Below are positions 19,669 to 30,440 of a DNA stretch of 45,768 nt, one piece after another. Origin of the DNA: an uncultured Muribaculaceae bacterium (lineage in GTDB: Bacteria; Bacillota_I; Bacilli_A; RF39; UBA660). The position numbers and the translations under genes are program-made. Position 1 is the stretch's first letter. The number at the start of each line of letters is the position of its first letter. Below the pieces are notes generated by a model, which saw only the letters and a list, made by a program, of their open reading frames with translations, had not been told where the DNA came from and ran no database searches. The DNA lies in contig CAZKFB010000005.1 in assembly GCA_964551965.1 (NCBI GenBank), positions 1 to 45,768 on the forward strand. Reading direction: 5' to 3'.

Positions 19669-21120
19669 TTATAATAGTTTATTTAAGTCAGTAGACTCTT
19701 CTTGAATCTTTATATCTTTCTTTAACATTCTTTGAATTATTTTTGCACTTTCGACTTGTTCTTCAAGACTTTTACTTTGTAAAAATACTTGGATATAGTT
19801 TTCTAATTCATCGTTATCTTTTATTCTTTCTGTACCTCTATAGTATTCATCAATTATACCGATCGTACTTATAAATAGATCATGAATATCATCAGTAATA
19901 TTCTTTCGATCATCTAAATATTTTTTCTTTCTTATTTCAAAATTATCTATTACTTTTTTATTATATTCATCGATTATAGATAGTAGTTCTTGAGGTCCGA
20001 TAGTATCAATTAGTTTTTCAATACTTTGTTCATCTACGCGATTCATAAAAGTAAATTCAAAATCTATATTACATTTTTCTCGAATAAAAGCTGCTAAGTC
20101 ATTAAAGTATTTTCTTCGATCATGATTTTTCTCATCAAAGTAATTTGAGAAATGTCCACCTTCCGGAGATAAAGAACCTCCATGACTCTTATTTAACAAT
20201 AGATTATTTTTCTCAGCTAATTCTTTAATACTTGAATCTAATATCTTATGAATCTCTTCATCATAGAAAGCATACCTCATTCCAATTCGTGAAGGTAATA
20301 TAGACATCTCTGATAATACCATATCAATTGCTAATGTTTCATCTCCCCTAAATTTAATGACTCTTCTTGATTCTAACTCAGAAGCAATACTTTCATCCTT
20401 TATAATATCATCATATTTATCTGAATCAATTAAAACTATAGCTTGATCACTGATTTTCAATGGCTCATGAGTTACATCTAAGTAGGCGTCGCGATAGCCT
20501 ACTGAATAAGCATATCCGGAATTTAAGAAATTATCCATTGTATCTATTATAATAAATTTTCTCCCTAGTTTAACAGCATTGTAATCCCCCGTTACTCCTA
20601 AAGGGGTATTAATGGTAAAGTGTTTTGTTGATCTAAAATAACTAGGCATATAGATATTGCCAGTATTCCTATCTATCTTGCTCAATTCTTCTTCTATTTC
20701 ATCTCTTGTATGTGGTAGTACCATATCACCTATTTTAATAGTTTTTAATTTACTCTCTGCGAGTTTTTTTCGTAATAGATAGGAAAGACTAGTAGATTCA
20801 TATTCAAGCGTTGTAGCATCACTACAAGGTAACCATTCCCAGTTAGATGGAAATATATCATCTTCTCTAATAATAACAAAGTTATCTATACCATTATTCT
20901 TCTTTGCTCTTTTGATTAAAACTTCAAGATTATGTTTAAGTTTTAATTCATTTTCTAATGATGATGTATCTATTACATTATCACTTATCTTAACTATTTC
21001 ATCTTCAGGTAAATCAATTGTTATTTCAGGTTTCTTTTCTTCTTGAATAGTTGGTGATGTTATTTCAGATATAAAGTCTTCTTGCTTTTTAATCTTAAGT
21101 AAAGATGAAAATAAACCCAT
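19669..21120 (-). CDS. Hypothetical protein
   Basis: Long soluble ORF with promoter and RBS; no recognised family. Confidence 0.75.
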   Translation of the reverse strand: MGLFSSLLKIKKQEDFISEITSPTIQEEKKPEITIDLPEDEIVKISDNVIDTSSLENELKLKHNLEVLIKRAKKNNGIDNFVIIREDDIFPSNWEWLPCSDATTLEYESTSLSYLLRKKLAESKLKTIKIGDMVLPHTRDEIEEELSKIDRNTGNIYMPSYFRSTKHFTINTPLGVTGDYNAVKLGRKFIIIDTMDNFLNSGYAYSVGYRDAYLDVTHEPLKISDQAIVLIDSDKYDDIIKDESIASELESRRVIKFRGDETLAIDMVLSEMSILPSRIGMRYAFYDEEIHKILDSSIKELAEKNNLLLNKSHGGSLSPEGGHFSNYFDEKNHDRRKYFNDLAAFIREKCNIDFEFTFMNRVDEQSIEKLIDTIGPQELLSIIDEYNKKVIDNFEIRKKKYLDDRKNITDDIHDLFISTIGIIDEYYRGTERIKDNDELENYIQVFLQSKSLEEQVESAKIIQRMLKKDIKIQEESTDLNKLL

Positions 21121-21211
21121 ATTGATCACTTCCCATTATGTTAATTATACCATATAATTTATTTGTTTATAAAAAAATGCTATAATACAAAGTTAATTAA
21201 GGAGAAAACTT

Positions 21212-22033
21212 ATGGTTACATTGTGCGCTCAAAACTTATGTCTAGTAATTGGTGAGGATTGTAATTTAAATTGTCTTCATTGTTTGCGTGGAAAAAAGGC
21301 CAAAAAGGTTATGACTGATCAAGTAATCGAGGAGACTTTCAATCAAATAAAATTCGTTCACAACTTAAATATATGTGGAGGAGAACCTACTCTTTTAATT
21401 GAACGTTTACAAAAAGTTATAGAAGTAATAGTTCAAAAAAGAATAATTGTCGAAAAAATATCAGTTACTATTAATGGAACTATATACTCTAAGAAATTAA
21501 TTAATCTAGCTAAATACTTTGTAAGACATTCTAATCATCGAGGATTAAAGAGAAATAATTTTAAAATATATATATCTTTAGATAAATACCATTATTTTGA
21601 AGTTCAAAGACTTGGATTATATAAACAATATTGTACTAATTTAGATAAATATGAGAAATCTCGTTTCTTTGGTGGTTATAGAGCTTTAGATTATAATTTA
21701 TATAATGAAGGTAATGCAAGATATTTAAAAGAACCAAAAGAAGAATTTATTCCTCACTTACCAATTATTACTTATGCTGGTTTCAAAGGAATAGAAGACA
21801 AGGAAAACGGAGTATGTAATATTGGTCCATTAGTAACCATTTCTACTGAAGGTATAGTTACGGAAGATAATGTATCTTTTGAAAACCAAGAAACGATTTA
21901 TAACTATGGTTCAATATTTAAAGATAGAATTGATAATATATTAATTAGAAATGGAGCTAAAATAGTTTTACCTCAAGAATTCGATGAAGAGAATTCTAAG
22001 ATATTGACAAAAATATTAGAAAATAAAAAGTAA
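21212..22033 (+). CDS. Radical SAM protein (no SPASM domain)
   Basis: CNLNCLHC, GGEP, TING, ISLD motifs; AAGGAG RBS. Confidence 0.85.
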   Translation: MVTLCAQNLCLVIGEDCNLNCLHCLRGKKAKKVMTDQVIEETFNQIKFVHNLNICGGEPTLLIERLQKVIEVIVQKRIIVEKISVTINGTIYSKKLINLAKYFVRHSNHRGLKRNNFKIYISLDKYHYFEVQRLGLYKQYCTNLDKYEKSRFFGGYRALDYNLYNEGNARYLKEPKEEFIPHLPIITYAGFKGIEDKENGVCNIGPLVTISTEGIVTEDNVSFENQETIYNYGSIFKDRIDNILIRNGAKIVLPQEFDEENSKILTKILENKK

Positions 22034-22044
22034 ATCAATTTGAT

Positions 22045-23412
22045 TTACTTTTCTAATATACCTAAGACATCCATAAATTCTTTTTGAATCTTTTTAAGAC
22101 CACTTTCCGTATTAGATTCGAATCTTAGAGTTAAGTTTGGACCGGTATTACTAGCACGAACTAAAGCCCAAGATTCACCTTTAAAGACTTTAATACCATC
22201 AACTGTAGAATACTGGTAATTATGAGAATCACAGTATTTTTTTATACCCTCAACAATTTTAAATTTCTTAGCATCAGTTGTCTTAACTCTTATTTCTTGA
22301 GTATTATAATATAACTTTAATTTTCTAAACATTTCATTAAATGTCTCATTAGAATGACTTAGCATTTCTTGAACTCTTAGTCCAACGTATATTCCATCAT
22401 CATATCCTGGATGACGATCTTTAAAGAATATATGGTTAGAATATCCGCCACCAAACGGGATATTTAATTTATCTATTGTTCTTTCTTGCATTGCACTACT
22501 AGGTGTTTCAATATATGCTTCACCATTATATTTATTTATAGCATCACTCACTACTTTAGAACATTTTACATCAATTAGAACAGTTTTATTTTCATTGTCC
22601 TTTAGTATTTCTGGTATCATTAATGCCATTAAAACATCTGATTCAATTATATTACCTTTATTATCGACAAATCCACATCTATCAGCATCTCCATCATAAG
22701 CTAAACCTAAATCAGCACGATTGTGTTTAACGGCTTGAGCAAGTTTAGTTAAATTCTCTTTAACGTTTGGATCTGGATGATGATTTGGGAAATTAGGATT
22801 AGAATCACAATATAGGAAAATAGTTTCAAAAGGTAATAATTCATATACCTTTCTAATTATTACTGATGCTGTACCATTTCCACAGTCAACAACTACTCTC
22901 ATTGGTCTCTTACCCGGATTAATTGATTCACTTAAATATTTAGCATAAGCGTCTTGAACATCTACATGTTCAATAACTCCCTTACCTTTAGCAATTTTAT
23001 ATTTAGGATCGCTTAAAGCTTTATAAATTATATCTAAGACATCATGATCACAATGTTGATATCTTTCACCAAATAGTTTAAATCCATTATCTTCTTTAGG
23101 ATTATGAGAAGCGGTTACCATTATTCCATATTCTTGTCCTAACTTACGTGATGCAAAGTTTAACATTGGAGTTGTTACTAAACCAATATAAATAACATTT
23201 ATTCCCGTACTAATTAATCCTTCAATTAAATTCTTAGTTAAATGTGGACCACCAAATCTATTGTCATGACCAACTACAACAAAAGAACCACCTACTGATT
23301 TAACATAAGTACCAAATACTTTACCAAGTCGATTTGCAAACTCAGCGGATATTTGATGAGGATAAATACCTCTTATATCAGCTTCTCTCAATATACTTTT
23401 ATCAAAATTCAT
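22045..23412 (-). CDS. Phosphomannomutase/phosphoglucomutase-family phosphohexomutase
   Basis: DIRG, TASHNP catalytic Ser, DGDADR metal loop, VRASNTGP. Confidence 0.9.
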   Translation of the reverse strand: MNFDKSILREADIRGIYPHQISAEFANRLGKVFGTYVKSVGGSFVVVGHDNRFGGPHLTKNLIEGLISTGINVIYIGLVTTPMLNFASRKLGQEYGIMVTASHNPKEDNGFKLFGERYQHCDHDVLDIIYKALSDPKYKIAKGKGVIEHVDVQDAYAKYLSESINPGKRPMRVVVDCGNGTASVIIRKVYELLPFETIFLYCDSNPNFPNHHPDPNVKENLTKLAQAVKHNRADLGLAYDGDADRCGFVDNKGNIIESDVLMALMIPEILKDNENKTVLIDVKCSKVVSDAINKYNGEAYIETPSSAMQERTIDKLNIPFGGGYSNHIFFKDRHPGYDDGIYVGLRVQEMLSHSNETFNEMFRKLKLYYNTQEIRVKTTDAKKFKIVEGIKKYCDSHNYQYSTVDGIKVFKGESWALVRASNTGPNLTLRFESNTESGLKKIQKEFMDVLGILEK

Positions 23413-23428
23413 AATATCCCTCTATTCT

Positions 23429-24943
23429 TTAATCCTCTTCAACAAATAAAGTTGATGACTCTTGCATATCTCTAGGAATTGCAATATCCATATATTTTAA
23501 TATGGTTGGAGCAATCTGTGTTAAATCTCCTTTATGTTTTAGATTTACATGCGTATCTCTTATGATAAAAGGTACTGGATTTGTTGAATGAGTTGTAATT
23601 ACTTCTCCATCACTAGTTAACATTTCATCACAGTTTCCATGATCAGCAGTAACAATTAACTTATAGAAATTATCATCTACTGCTGTAATTATTTTACCTA
23701 AGCATTCATCAACTACTTCTAATCCTTCTTTAGCTGCTTCGATATTTCCTGTATGTCCAAGCATATCTGGATTAGCAAAGTTAACTAGAATAAAATCATA
23801 ATCTTTTTCAATACATTTTATCGTTTGTTTTGTTACTTCACGAACACTCATAGGTGGTGTTAAATCATAAGTAGCAACTTTAGGAGAAGGAATTAGGAAA
23901 TTATCACATCCCTTAAGTTTAGTCTTATCTCCTCCATTAAAGAAGAAAGTAACATGAGCAAATTTTTCTGTCTCCGCAATTCTGGCTTGATGAAGACCTA
24001 AATCAGATAAATAACATCCCATAGAATAGACTTCTGAATTATTATCCATTAAACGTGGTAATTCTACTGTATTAGGTACATCAACCAAAGTTACAACCTC
24101 AAGATCCTCTAATTTCTTTACTGGATATTCGGCAAAATCAGGATCTTTTAATACTGTCAAAATTTGTCTTGCACGATCTCCACGATAATTTAGCCATAAA
24201 AGGGAATCTCCCTCTTTTAAAGTAGCATCAGCATCGATTATAATTGGTGGTAAGAATTCATCAGTTACATCTCGCTTATAACATGCTTCAATGGCTGTTT
24301 TATAATTCTTTATTTGAACTCCCTTACCATTTAATAGCATATCTGAATATAATTTAGTTCTTTCCCATTTATTATCTCGATCCATTGCATAATATCTACC
24401 ACAAATAGTTGCAATATTACCAATACCATTTTCTTTTAGTGCACTTTCTAGATCCTCAATATAGGAAATAGATGTTTTAACTCCCGTATCTCGACCATCC
24501 GTTATAACATGGAATTTTACTTTTTTAATTCCCATTGTCTTTAAATGTCCTAGTAAATTTTTCATATAAGTAATATCAGAATGTACTCCTCCATCGCTTA
24601 CTAGTCCCATTAAATGTAAGACCCCATTTTTACTTTTTACTCTTTCAACAAGTTTTAGCATTTCTTCATTTTTTTCGATTAAGGTACTTCCTAAAACTTC
24701 ATTACATAAAGTAATATCTTGTTTTAATCTTCTACCAGCGCCTATTGTTAAATGACCTACTTCACTATTGCCAAATTGATCGTCAGGTAGACCAACATAT
24801 TCACCCGAAGCTTGTAATACTGAATGAGGATACTCATTAAATAATTCATTGTAATTTGGCATATTAGATTGCCTAATAGCATTACCATAAACTGATTCAT
24901 TAATACCAAAACCATCTAATATTAACATAATGACTTTTTTCAT
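23429..24943 (-). CDS. gpmI: 2,3-bisphosphoglycerate-independent phosphoglycerate mutase
   Basis: ILDGFG, GNSEVGH, DGGVHS, GRYYAMDRD, ETEKFAHVT, DMLGH, TADHGN. Confidence 0.97.
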   Translation of the reverse strand: MKKVIMLILDGFGINESVYGNAIRQSNMPNYNELFNEYPHSVLQASGEYVGLPDDQFGNSEVGHLTIGAGRRLKQDITLCNEVLGSTLIEKNEEMLKLVERVKSKNGVLHLMGLVSDGGVHSDITYMKNLLGHLKTMGIKKVKFHVITDGRDTGVKTSISYIEDLESALKENGIGNIATICGRYYAMDRDNKWERTKLYSDMLLNGKGVQIKNYKTAIEACYKRDVTDEFLPPIIIDADATLKEGDSLLWLNYRGDRARQILTVLKDPDFAEYPVKKLEDLEVVTLVDVPNTVELPRLMDNNSEVYSMGCYLSDLGLHQARIAETEKFAHVTFFFNGGDKTKLKGCDNFLIPSPKVATYDLTPPMSVREVTKQTIKCIEKDYDFILVNFANPDMLGHTGNIEAAKEGLEVVDECLGKIITAVDDNFYKLIVTADHGNCDEMLTSDGEVITTHSTNPVPFIIRDTHVNLKHKGDLTQIAPTILKYMDIAIPRDMQESSTLFVEED

Positions 24944-25002
24944 GCTCATCACCTATTATTATTCTATCATAAAAACCCATAAAAAACGAGTATACCTCGT
25001 TT

Positions 25003-25539
25003 TTACTTTTCTTGAACAAAATATCTTTTGCTATTATCATTTGTCGCGTATATTCCCCCATTTGCTGGATAGTCTATAACACATTTATATATTTCATCTT
25101 TATTATTACTTGGATTATGATATTTTACCATATCATTTTTATAATAATATTTATTACTTTTAAAGTTATATACATAATAAGCTTCTATATCAAATTTAGG
25201 AATATTATAACAAATTAATATTTGTTCATCTAAAGGAGTATTATCTACGGAACTATATATAACATTTTCTGAATCACTTTCAGATATTAAATAACCTTTT
25301 TCAATTAATTCAGCAACATTAGTTTCAAGACAACTTCCACTAGCATTCTTAACTTCATCTTTGATTGTATCTCCATATTTTAATGCAGCAGCTTTAATCT
25401 CAGTTATCTTACCATTTAAGTTTTCCCTTCGAACTCCCGTATAAACATTTGCAAATGAAGGAATTGTTAATACAATAAGTAATCCAAGAATAATTAAAAC
25501 AGATAATAATTCCACTAATGTAAAACCATTTTTCTTCAT
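25003..25539 (-). CDS. Type IV prepilin-like protein
   Basis: Class III signal MKKNG|FTLVELL (Glu+5) followed by a hydrophobic helix. Confidence 0.88.
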   Translation of the reverse strand: MKKNGFTLVELLSVLIILGLLIVLTIPSFANVYTGVRRENLNGKITEIKAAALKYGDTIKDEVKNASGSCLETNVAELIEKGYLISESDSENVIYSSVDNTPLDEQILICYNIPKFDIEAYYVYNFKSNKYYYKNDMVKYHNPSNNKDEIYKCVIDYPANGGIYATNDNSKRYFVQEK

Positions 25540-25582
25540 ATTATACACATCCTATTATATACAATATAATATCATAAAGATT

Positions 25583-25611
25583 AAAAAAAGTAGTTATTAT
25601 TAACTACTTTT
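25583..25611 (-). terminator. Terminator after cdaR
   Basis: AAAAGTAGTTA/TAACTACTTTT stem followed by a U-tract. Confidence 0.8.
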
Positions 25612-26965
25612 AATAAATCTTTACACCAATTTCTTTCTTAGTTGGTTCAGATTTTACCAATTCATTATTTACAGTAACTGTTACTGGCAAGTTATGAGTT
25701 CCTCTTCCCTTACCTGAACAATCTACTATTGCTGTTATATTAGATGCATCTATTTCATTAAGTATCGATTCTACACCCGTAATATATACATCAATAACAT
25801 TATCGTTTTGTGTCGCTGCTTGAGCTACAAAATCAACTCCAACATTAGCCCATTCTACTTGAACTCCCGAAATCAATTTTTGTGAAGCTGTACCTACTGT
25901 TACTGAAACATTAGTAGTTGTCTCACTCATATATCTAACACCACTAGGAGTATTTAATGTAATTGACAATGTTCTATCATCATCAATCTTGGAAACTTTA
26001 ATAGGAGCTTCAATGTAATTAAGTTTATCAACTACAGATTTTTCTCCATAAACTACTACTTCTTTTACGGAAGATGTTGTTCCACTTATAGCATATCCGT
26101 CAGGCATGTTACCTGTCGTTACTACGCGAACTGGCTTAGTTGCGTGGTATGAATCTATTGTAATTGTAGCTGATATCTTTGATGGAACAATTTCAATATT
26201 ACTAATCTTATTTCCTAAAGCATCATAAGCAGCTAATTCAACATTCTCAATAGTTGTTTCTCCTGATTCTTTTAAATCAATTAGAGAAGCATCAATAAGG
26301 GCTTTAACAACAGCTACTTTATCAAGTATCTCTTTTGAAGATTGAACAATAACTGTATTATCACTCAATTTAACATTAGATACACTTAACTTAGATTCTA
26401 GTTTATCTTCATTTAATAGATCATAAGTTAACTTCTTTCTTGAACTAACTTTTTCACTTATTTTAACTGTTACGGTAGAAGGATCTATTTTATACTCTAC
26501 AGAATCAATTGATGATGAGCTTAGCTTTAGAGGGACTTTATAAGTACCTACTCCATACTTAGATAAGTCTAATTCTACTTCATGATTACCAAGTTGAGTT
26601 GCTAAATAGATATTTGATTTACTACCAATTAAAGTTATATCAACAGTTTCTGGAACTCCTTCAACTACATAAGACTTCTTATGATTAATAACTGTAACTG
26701 GTTGATCTTCTAAAATTTGTGCATTGTGATCAGTTAAATCAATTACTTTTGAATCAATTAGTAAGAAAAGTCCCAAAGCACAAATTAATGATAAATATAT
26801 TAATATATTTGGTCTATTTAATATTTTCTCTAATTTATTTGAATTATCACGAGAGAATTCTCCAACAGCATAAGCTATTCTACTTATTGGTGTTATAATT
26901 AATTTATCTATAATACGATAAATTAATTTGAAAAACATTATGAAAGGTTTAAAAATCTTACTCAT
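25610..26965 (-). CDS. cdaR: CdaR/YbbR regulator of diadenylate cyclase
   Basis: TM followed by repeated YbbR beta domains (P.TV.I.L.G ... DLS..G.Y.V); overlaps cdaA. Confidence 0.88.
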   Translation of the reverse strand: MSKIFKPFIMFFKLIYRIIDKLIITPISRIAYAVGEFSRDNSNKLEKILNRPNILIYLSLICALGLFLLIDSKVIDLTDHNAQILEDQPVTVINHKKSYVVEGVPETVDITLIGSKSNIYLATQLGNHEVELDLSKYGVGTYKVPLKLSSSSIDSVEYKIDPSTVTVKISEKVSSRKKLTYDLLNEDKLESKLSVSNVKLSDNTVIVQSSKEILDKVAVVKALIDASLIDLKESGETTIENVELAAYDALGNKISNIEIVPSKISATITIDSYHATKPVRVVTTGNMPDGYAISGTTSSVKEVVVYGEKSVVDKLNYIEAPIKVSKIDDDRTLSITLNTPSGVRYMSETTTNVSVTVGTASQKLISGVQVEWANVGVDFVAQAATQNDNVIDVYITGVESILNEIDASNITAIVDCSGKGRGTHNLPVTVTVNNELVKSEPTKKEIGVKIY

Positions 26966-27785
26966 CTTCTTCACCTTCACTTTCATCAGCATCATAGAAT
27001 ACATCAGCTTTTGGTTTTAACTCATCTAGTAACATTGTTCTAAATTCTTCAATTGTTAAATTATAATGTAAGTAATTATCACACGCTATAGATATTCTTC
27101 CTGTTTCTTCTGACACAACTAATGCAATAGCATCAGTTTCTTCGGCTACACCTAAAGCTGCTCTATGTCTTGTTCCTAACTTCTTATTTACGTTTGGATT
27201 CATACTTGTTTTAAATACAGCACCAGCACAAGTAATCTTATCTCCTTGAATAATTACACCACCATCATGAAGTGGATTTGGAGGCAAGAATATTGCTTCT
27301 AGTAATTGACTTGATATATCAGCATATAACTTAGTAGTTGGAGTAATATATTCTTGTAAACTCATATTTCTTTCAATTACAATTAAAGCTCCAATTCTTT
27401 GGCGTTTTAAATGTTCAATAGCAGTTACAATTTCGAATACTACTCTTTCTCTTTCATCAACAGTTAATACTTTATGACGACCAAGTAATTGAGTTCTACC
27501 AATTTGTTCAAGAACATTACGAATTTCTGGTTGGAATATTATAATCAAAGCTATTGGTCCCCAAGAAACTACATATTCTAATAATACTCCTACTGTATAT
27601 AATTTTAATACATTACTTAGTAATTTAATAATTAATAGCCAAATAACACCTTTAAAAATAAGGACCATTTTAACATTATTTTTAAGATTCTTAAATAGGA
27701 AATATATAATTGCCCATACTAAACAAATATCTAGTAGGTCAGTTGCTATACTCCAAATTAATGATAAATTTAAATTTAAATTCAT
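26958..27785 (-). CDS. cdaA: Diadenylate cyclase CdaA
   Basis: 3 TM helices, FQPEIR, GALIVIER, PLHDGG (DGA variant), LGTRHRAA, VSEETG. Confidence 0.95.
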   Translation of the reverse strand: MNLNLNLSLIWSIATDLLDICLVWAIIYFLFKNLKNNVKMVLIFKGVIWLLIIKLLSNVLKLYTVGVLLEYVVSWGPIALIIIFQPEIRNVLEQIGRTQLLGRHKVLTVDERERVVFEIVTAIEHLKRQRIGALIVIERNMSLQEYITPTTKLYADISSQLLEAIFLPPNPLHDGGVIIQGDKITCAGAVFKTSMNPNVNKKLGTRHRAALGVAEETDAIALVVSEETGRISIACDNYLHYNLTIEEFRTMLLDELKPKADVFYDADESEGEEDE

Positions 27786-27845
27786 TTAATCACTCCCATA
27801 CTATTTTATTACATCATTCCTGCCAAAAAAAATGCATTAGATGCA

Positions 27846-28094
27846 TTAATTTTGACCTGTTAATGGATCATTCGATGTTTCAGGTACTTGATTATCTTGA
27901 ACAGTTATCGGAGTTGCTACCTCTTGAATATTAGGATTTGCATCTAAAGTCTCAATTGCCTTATCTTCTCTCAATATTTCTTCACGGTAATCATTATACT
28001 TTTTCTTATCCATCATATACCCGAATAAACCTAGTAATAATACTATTCCAATGACTATAAATATAATATAATTTGATAATATAAAATCTAACAT
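27846..28094 (-). CDS. Small single-TM hypothetical protein
   Basis: GGGGA RBS, N-terminal TM (…LLGLFGYMMD), acidic tail. Confidence 0.75.
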   Translation of the reverse strand: MLDFILSNYIIFIVIGIVLLLGLFGYMMDKKKYNDYREEILREDKAIETLDANPNIQEVATPITVQDNQVPETSNDPLTGQN

Positions 28095-28146
28095 AAGCCA
28101 TCCCCAATTCTATATACATTTTAGCATTAATTGGATTATATTTCAA

Positions 28147-29220
28147 TTAATTTATTATTAGTTCTTGTGATTTTGGTTGAATTTGAATAAACGTATTTCC
28201 ATCATTTACTTTTATCTCTTCACCATTACTATATCTATATATTGTTTGTGAACTTCTTGTAGTCTTTTCCCATGTGATAGGTACAGCATAGCCATTACTA
28301 ATGAAATAGCCAGTTCCTTTTCCTAAATTATCTAAGTCTTGACGATTTTTCTTATCAGCAGATATCTTAGTATTTCCAACTTGATATGTAATAATATTCT
28401 TAGCAGTATATTGTTTTCCTGTTATGTAGTCTTTATGAGCACTACCATTTACACTTCTTAAATATGTCTTACTAGTTGCATCATATTTGTATTCAGTTCT
28501 TGAAGAAGCTGAATATTTAATAGAAATATTATTTGCTAACATTGCACCTTCCATTGTCGATAAATCTAAATCTTCAGCACTGTAGTTTAATAATAAATCA
28601 CGATTAGTTGTTGTTCTATATTTCTTTTGAGATATTAATTTATTAATTCTTCCTGTATCAGTAAATGATGTATGTTCCTTACTAATTTTCAAATTTGTAT
28701 CTCGATAAAAAGCTTTATCATATAAACCATTTATATTATCTACTCCGAGAGTATTCATATCCGATTTTGCTTGAGGACTCCATCCTATATGAACATATAC
28801 AGCATCATTTTCTAAAGCATAATCTAGGAAATAATGACGAGAACTTCTAACACTACCAATTCTATCTAGGTTAGCATCCTTATATACAGCCATCATTCTT
28901 GTAATACCACCCTCAACGATCATTTCATATACAATCATTGCATCTTGTAATCCTGAATGATATGGTCTAGCAGTAGAAATATTGTTAATCATTACTGCAT
29001 AAGGTCTTGTTTTTGAATCAACATCAACAATTTTTAGTGTTTTTGGTTGATCTACATTAAGTTCGACATCAGGTTCCTTTTTATTCTCACTATCATCTTT
29101 ATCTAAAGATCTATTATTACCAAAAAAGATAAGAGATCCAATAGATGCAGCTACTATTAATATAATACCTAAGAATACTAATAGTTTTTTCTTGTTTGTC
29201 TTTTTCTTTCTCTTCTTCAT
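28147..29220 (-). CDS. DUF3048 (YerB-like) membrane-anchored protein
   Basis: RPYAVMINN..ARP.SGL..A..VYE..VEGGITR, GSVRSSR motifs. Confidence 0.9.
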   Translation of the reverse strand: MKKRKKKTNKKKLLVFLGIILIVAASIGSLIFFGNNRSLDKDDSENKKEPDVELNVDQPKTLKIVDVDSKTRPYAVMINNISTARPYHSGLQDAMIVYEMIVEGGITRMMAVYKDANLDRIGSVRSSRHYFLDYALENDAVYVHIGWSPQAKSDMNTLGVDNINGLYDKAFYRDTNLKISKEHTSFTDTGRINKLISQKKYRTTTNRDLLLNYSAEDLDLSTMEGAMLANNISIKYSASSRTEYKYDATSKTYLRSVNGSAHKDYITGKQYTAKNIITYQVGNTKISADKKNRQDLDNLGKGTGYFISNGYAVPITWEKTTRSSQTIYRYSNGEEIKVNDGNTFIQIQPKSQELIIN

Positions 29221-29311
29221 ATTATCACCTCTTTAATAATACCACATCTAAATAATTATTGAAAGAGGCCTTTTTCTTTGCTATAATTTATATGATGAAT
29301 GGAGTGATTTC

Positions 29312-30415
29312 ATGAATGAGAAAATGATGAAAATACTTGGAGGCGTAATTGCCGGATTTGTAATACTAATAATATTCCTATTTTTAATATCAAGTTGTTC
29401 TGGTGGTAAATACACTTACGAAAAATTAGAAGATAAGATGTTAAAAGTAGCAAAGAATTATTATGAACATAACGAAAAAGAATTACCTTCTCAAGATAAA
29501 GACCAAAAAGTATTTACTTTAAAGAAAATGATAAGTGATGGTTATATTGATGAACTAGAAGAATTATTTGATGATGAAGATATCAAATGTGACGGAAGCG
29601 TAACGGTATCAAATAATAATGGTTATTATAGTTATAGTCCATATTTAACTTGCGGTAAAGATTATAGAACTCAATATCTATATGAAAAAGTAATTGAAGA
29701 TGCTTTAGTTGAAAATGGTGTTGGACTTTATGAAACTGGTGATGAATATATCATGAAAGGTGAAGTTACAAATAACTATGTTAAATATAAAGACAAACTA
29801 TTCCGTATAATACGTATTAATGATGATAATTCAATTCGTCTAATGGAAGCTGAAGGAATTCCTTCAATTGTATGGGATGATAGATATAATGAAGCAGCTA
29901 AATTTACTAATGGTATCAATGAATATATTTTAAATAATCAAGTTAGTTCAAGATTAAAAGAAGCATTAGATAATTACTATACTGATTCTAAATATGCTAA
30001 TGTTTGGACAGACGAATTAAAGGGATACATTCAAACACAAACATTATGTATTGGAAAACGTTCTAAAACTGATACAACTAAAGATGGTTCTACTGAATGT
30101 TCAGTAAAACTTGAAAATCAATTATTAGGTACTCTAGCAGTATATGAATACTTACAGGCCTCACTTGATAGTTCGTGTACTGATACACTAGATAAAAATT
30201 GTAGAAATTATAATTGGTTAGGAACAATAAGTAAAACTATTTGGACAGTTACTGGAGAAGCTGAGACGAGTGATCATGCATATTCAATTTATCGTAAGCC
30301 AAATTCAATTGGATGTAAAACTAAATACTATGTTAATGCTGTATTTAACTTAACTGATAAAGCAGTTTATGTAAGTGGTACTGGTACTGAAGAAGACCCA
30401 TACATATTTAAATAA
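29312..30415 (+). CDS. Membrane-anchored pilin-like surface protein with Cys-containing C-terminal domain
   Basis: N-terminal TM, AKNYY...TLKKMISDGYI...C...YLTC head, NNYV...FRIIRIN..SIRL and GTGTEEDPY C-terminus. Confidence 0.7.
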   Translation: MNEKMMKILGGVIAGFVILIIFLFLISSCSGGKYTYEKLEDKMLKVAKNYYEHNEKELPSQDKDQKVFTLKKMISDGYIDELEELFDDEDIKCDGSVTVSNNNGYYSYSPYLTCGKDYRTQYLYEKVIEDALVENGVGLYETGDEYIMKGEVTNNYVKYKDKLFRIIRINDDNSIRLMEAEGIPSIVWDDRYNEAAKFTNGINEYILNNQVSSRLKEALDNYYTDSKYANVWTDELKGYIQTQTLCIGKRSKTDTTKDGSTECSVKLENQLLGTLAVYEYLQASLDSSCTDTLDKNCRNYNWLGTISKTIWTVTGEAETSDHAYSIYRKPNSIGCKTKYYVNAVFNLTDKAVYVSGTGTEEDPYIFK

Positions 30416-30440
30416 AAACTTCACTAAGTGAAGTTTTTTT
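30415..30440. terminator. Bidirectional terminator
   Basis: AAAAACTTCAC-TAA-GTGAAGTTTTT between convergent genes. Confidence 0.85.
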
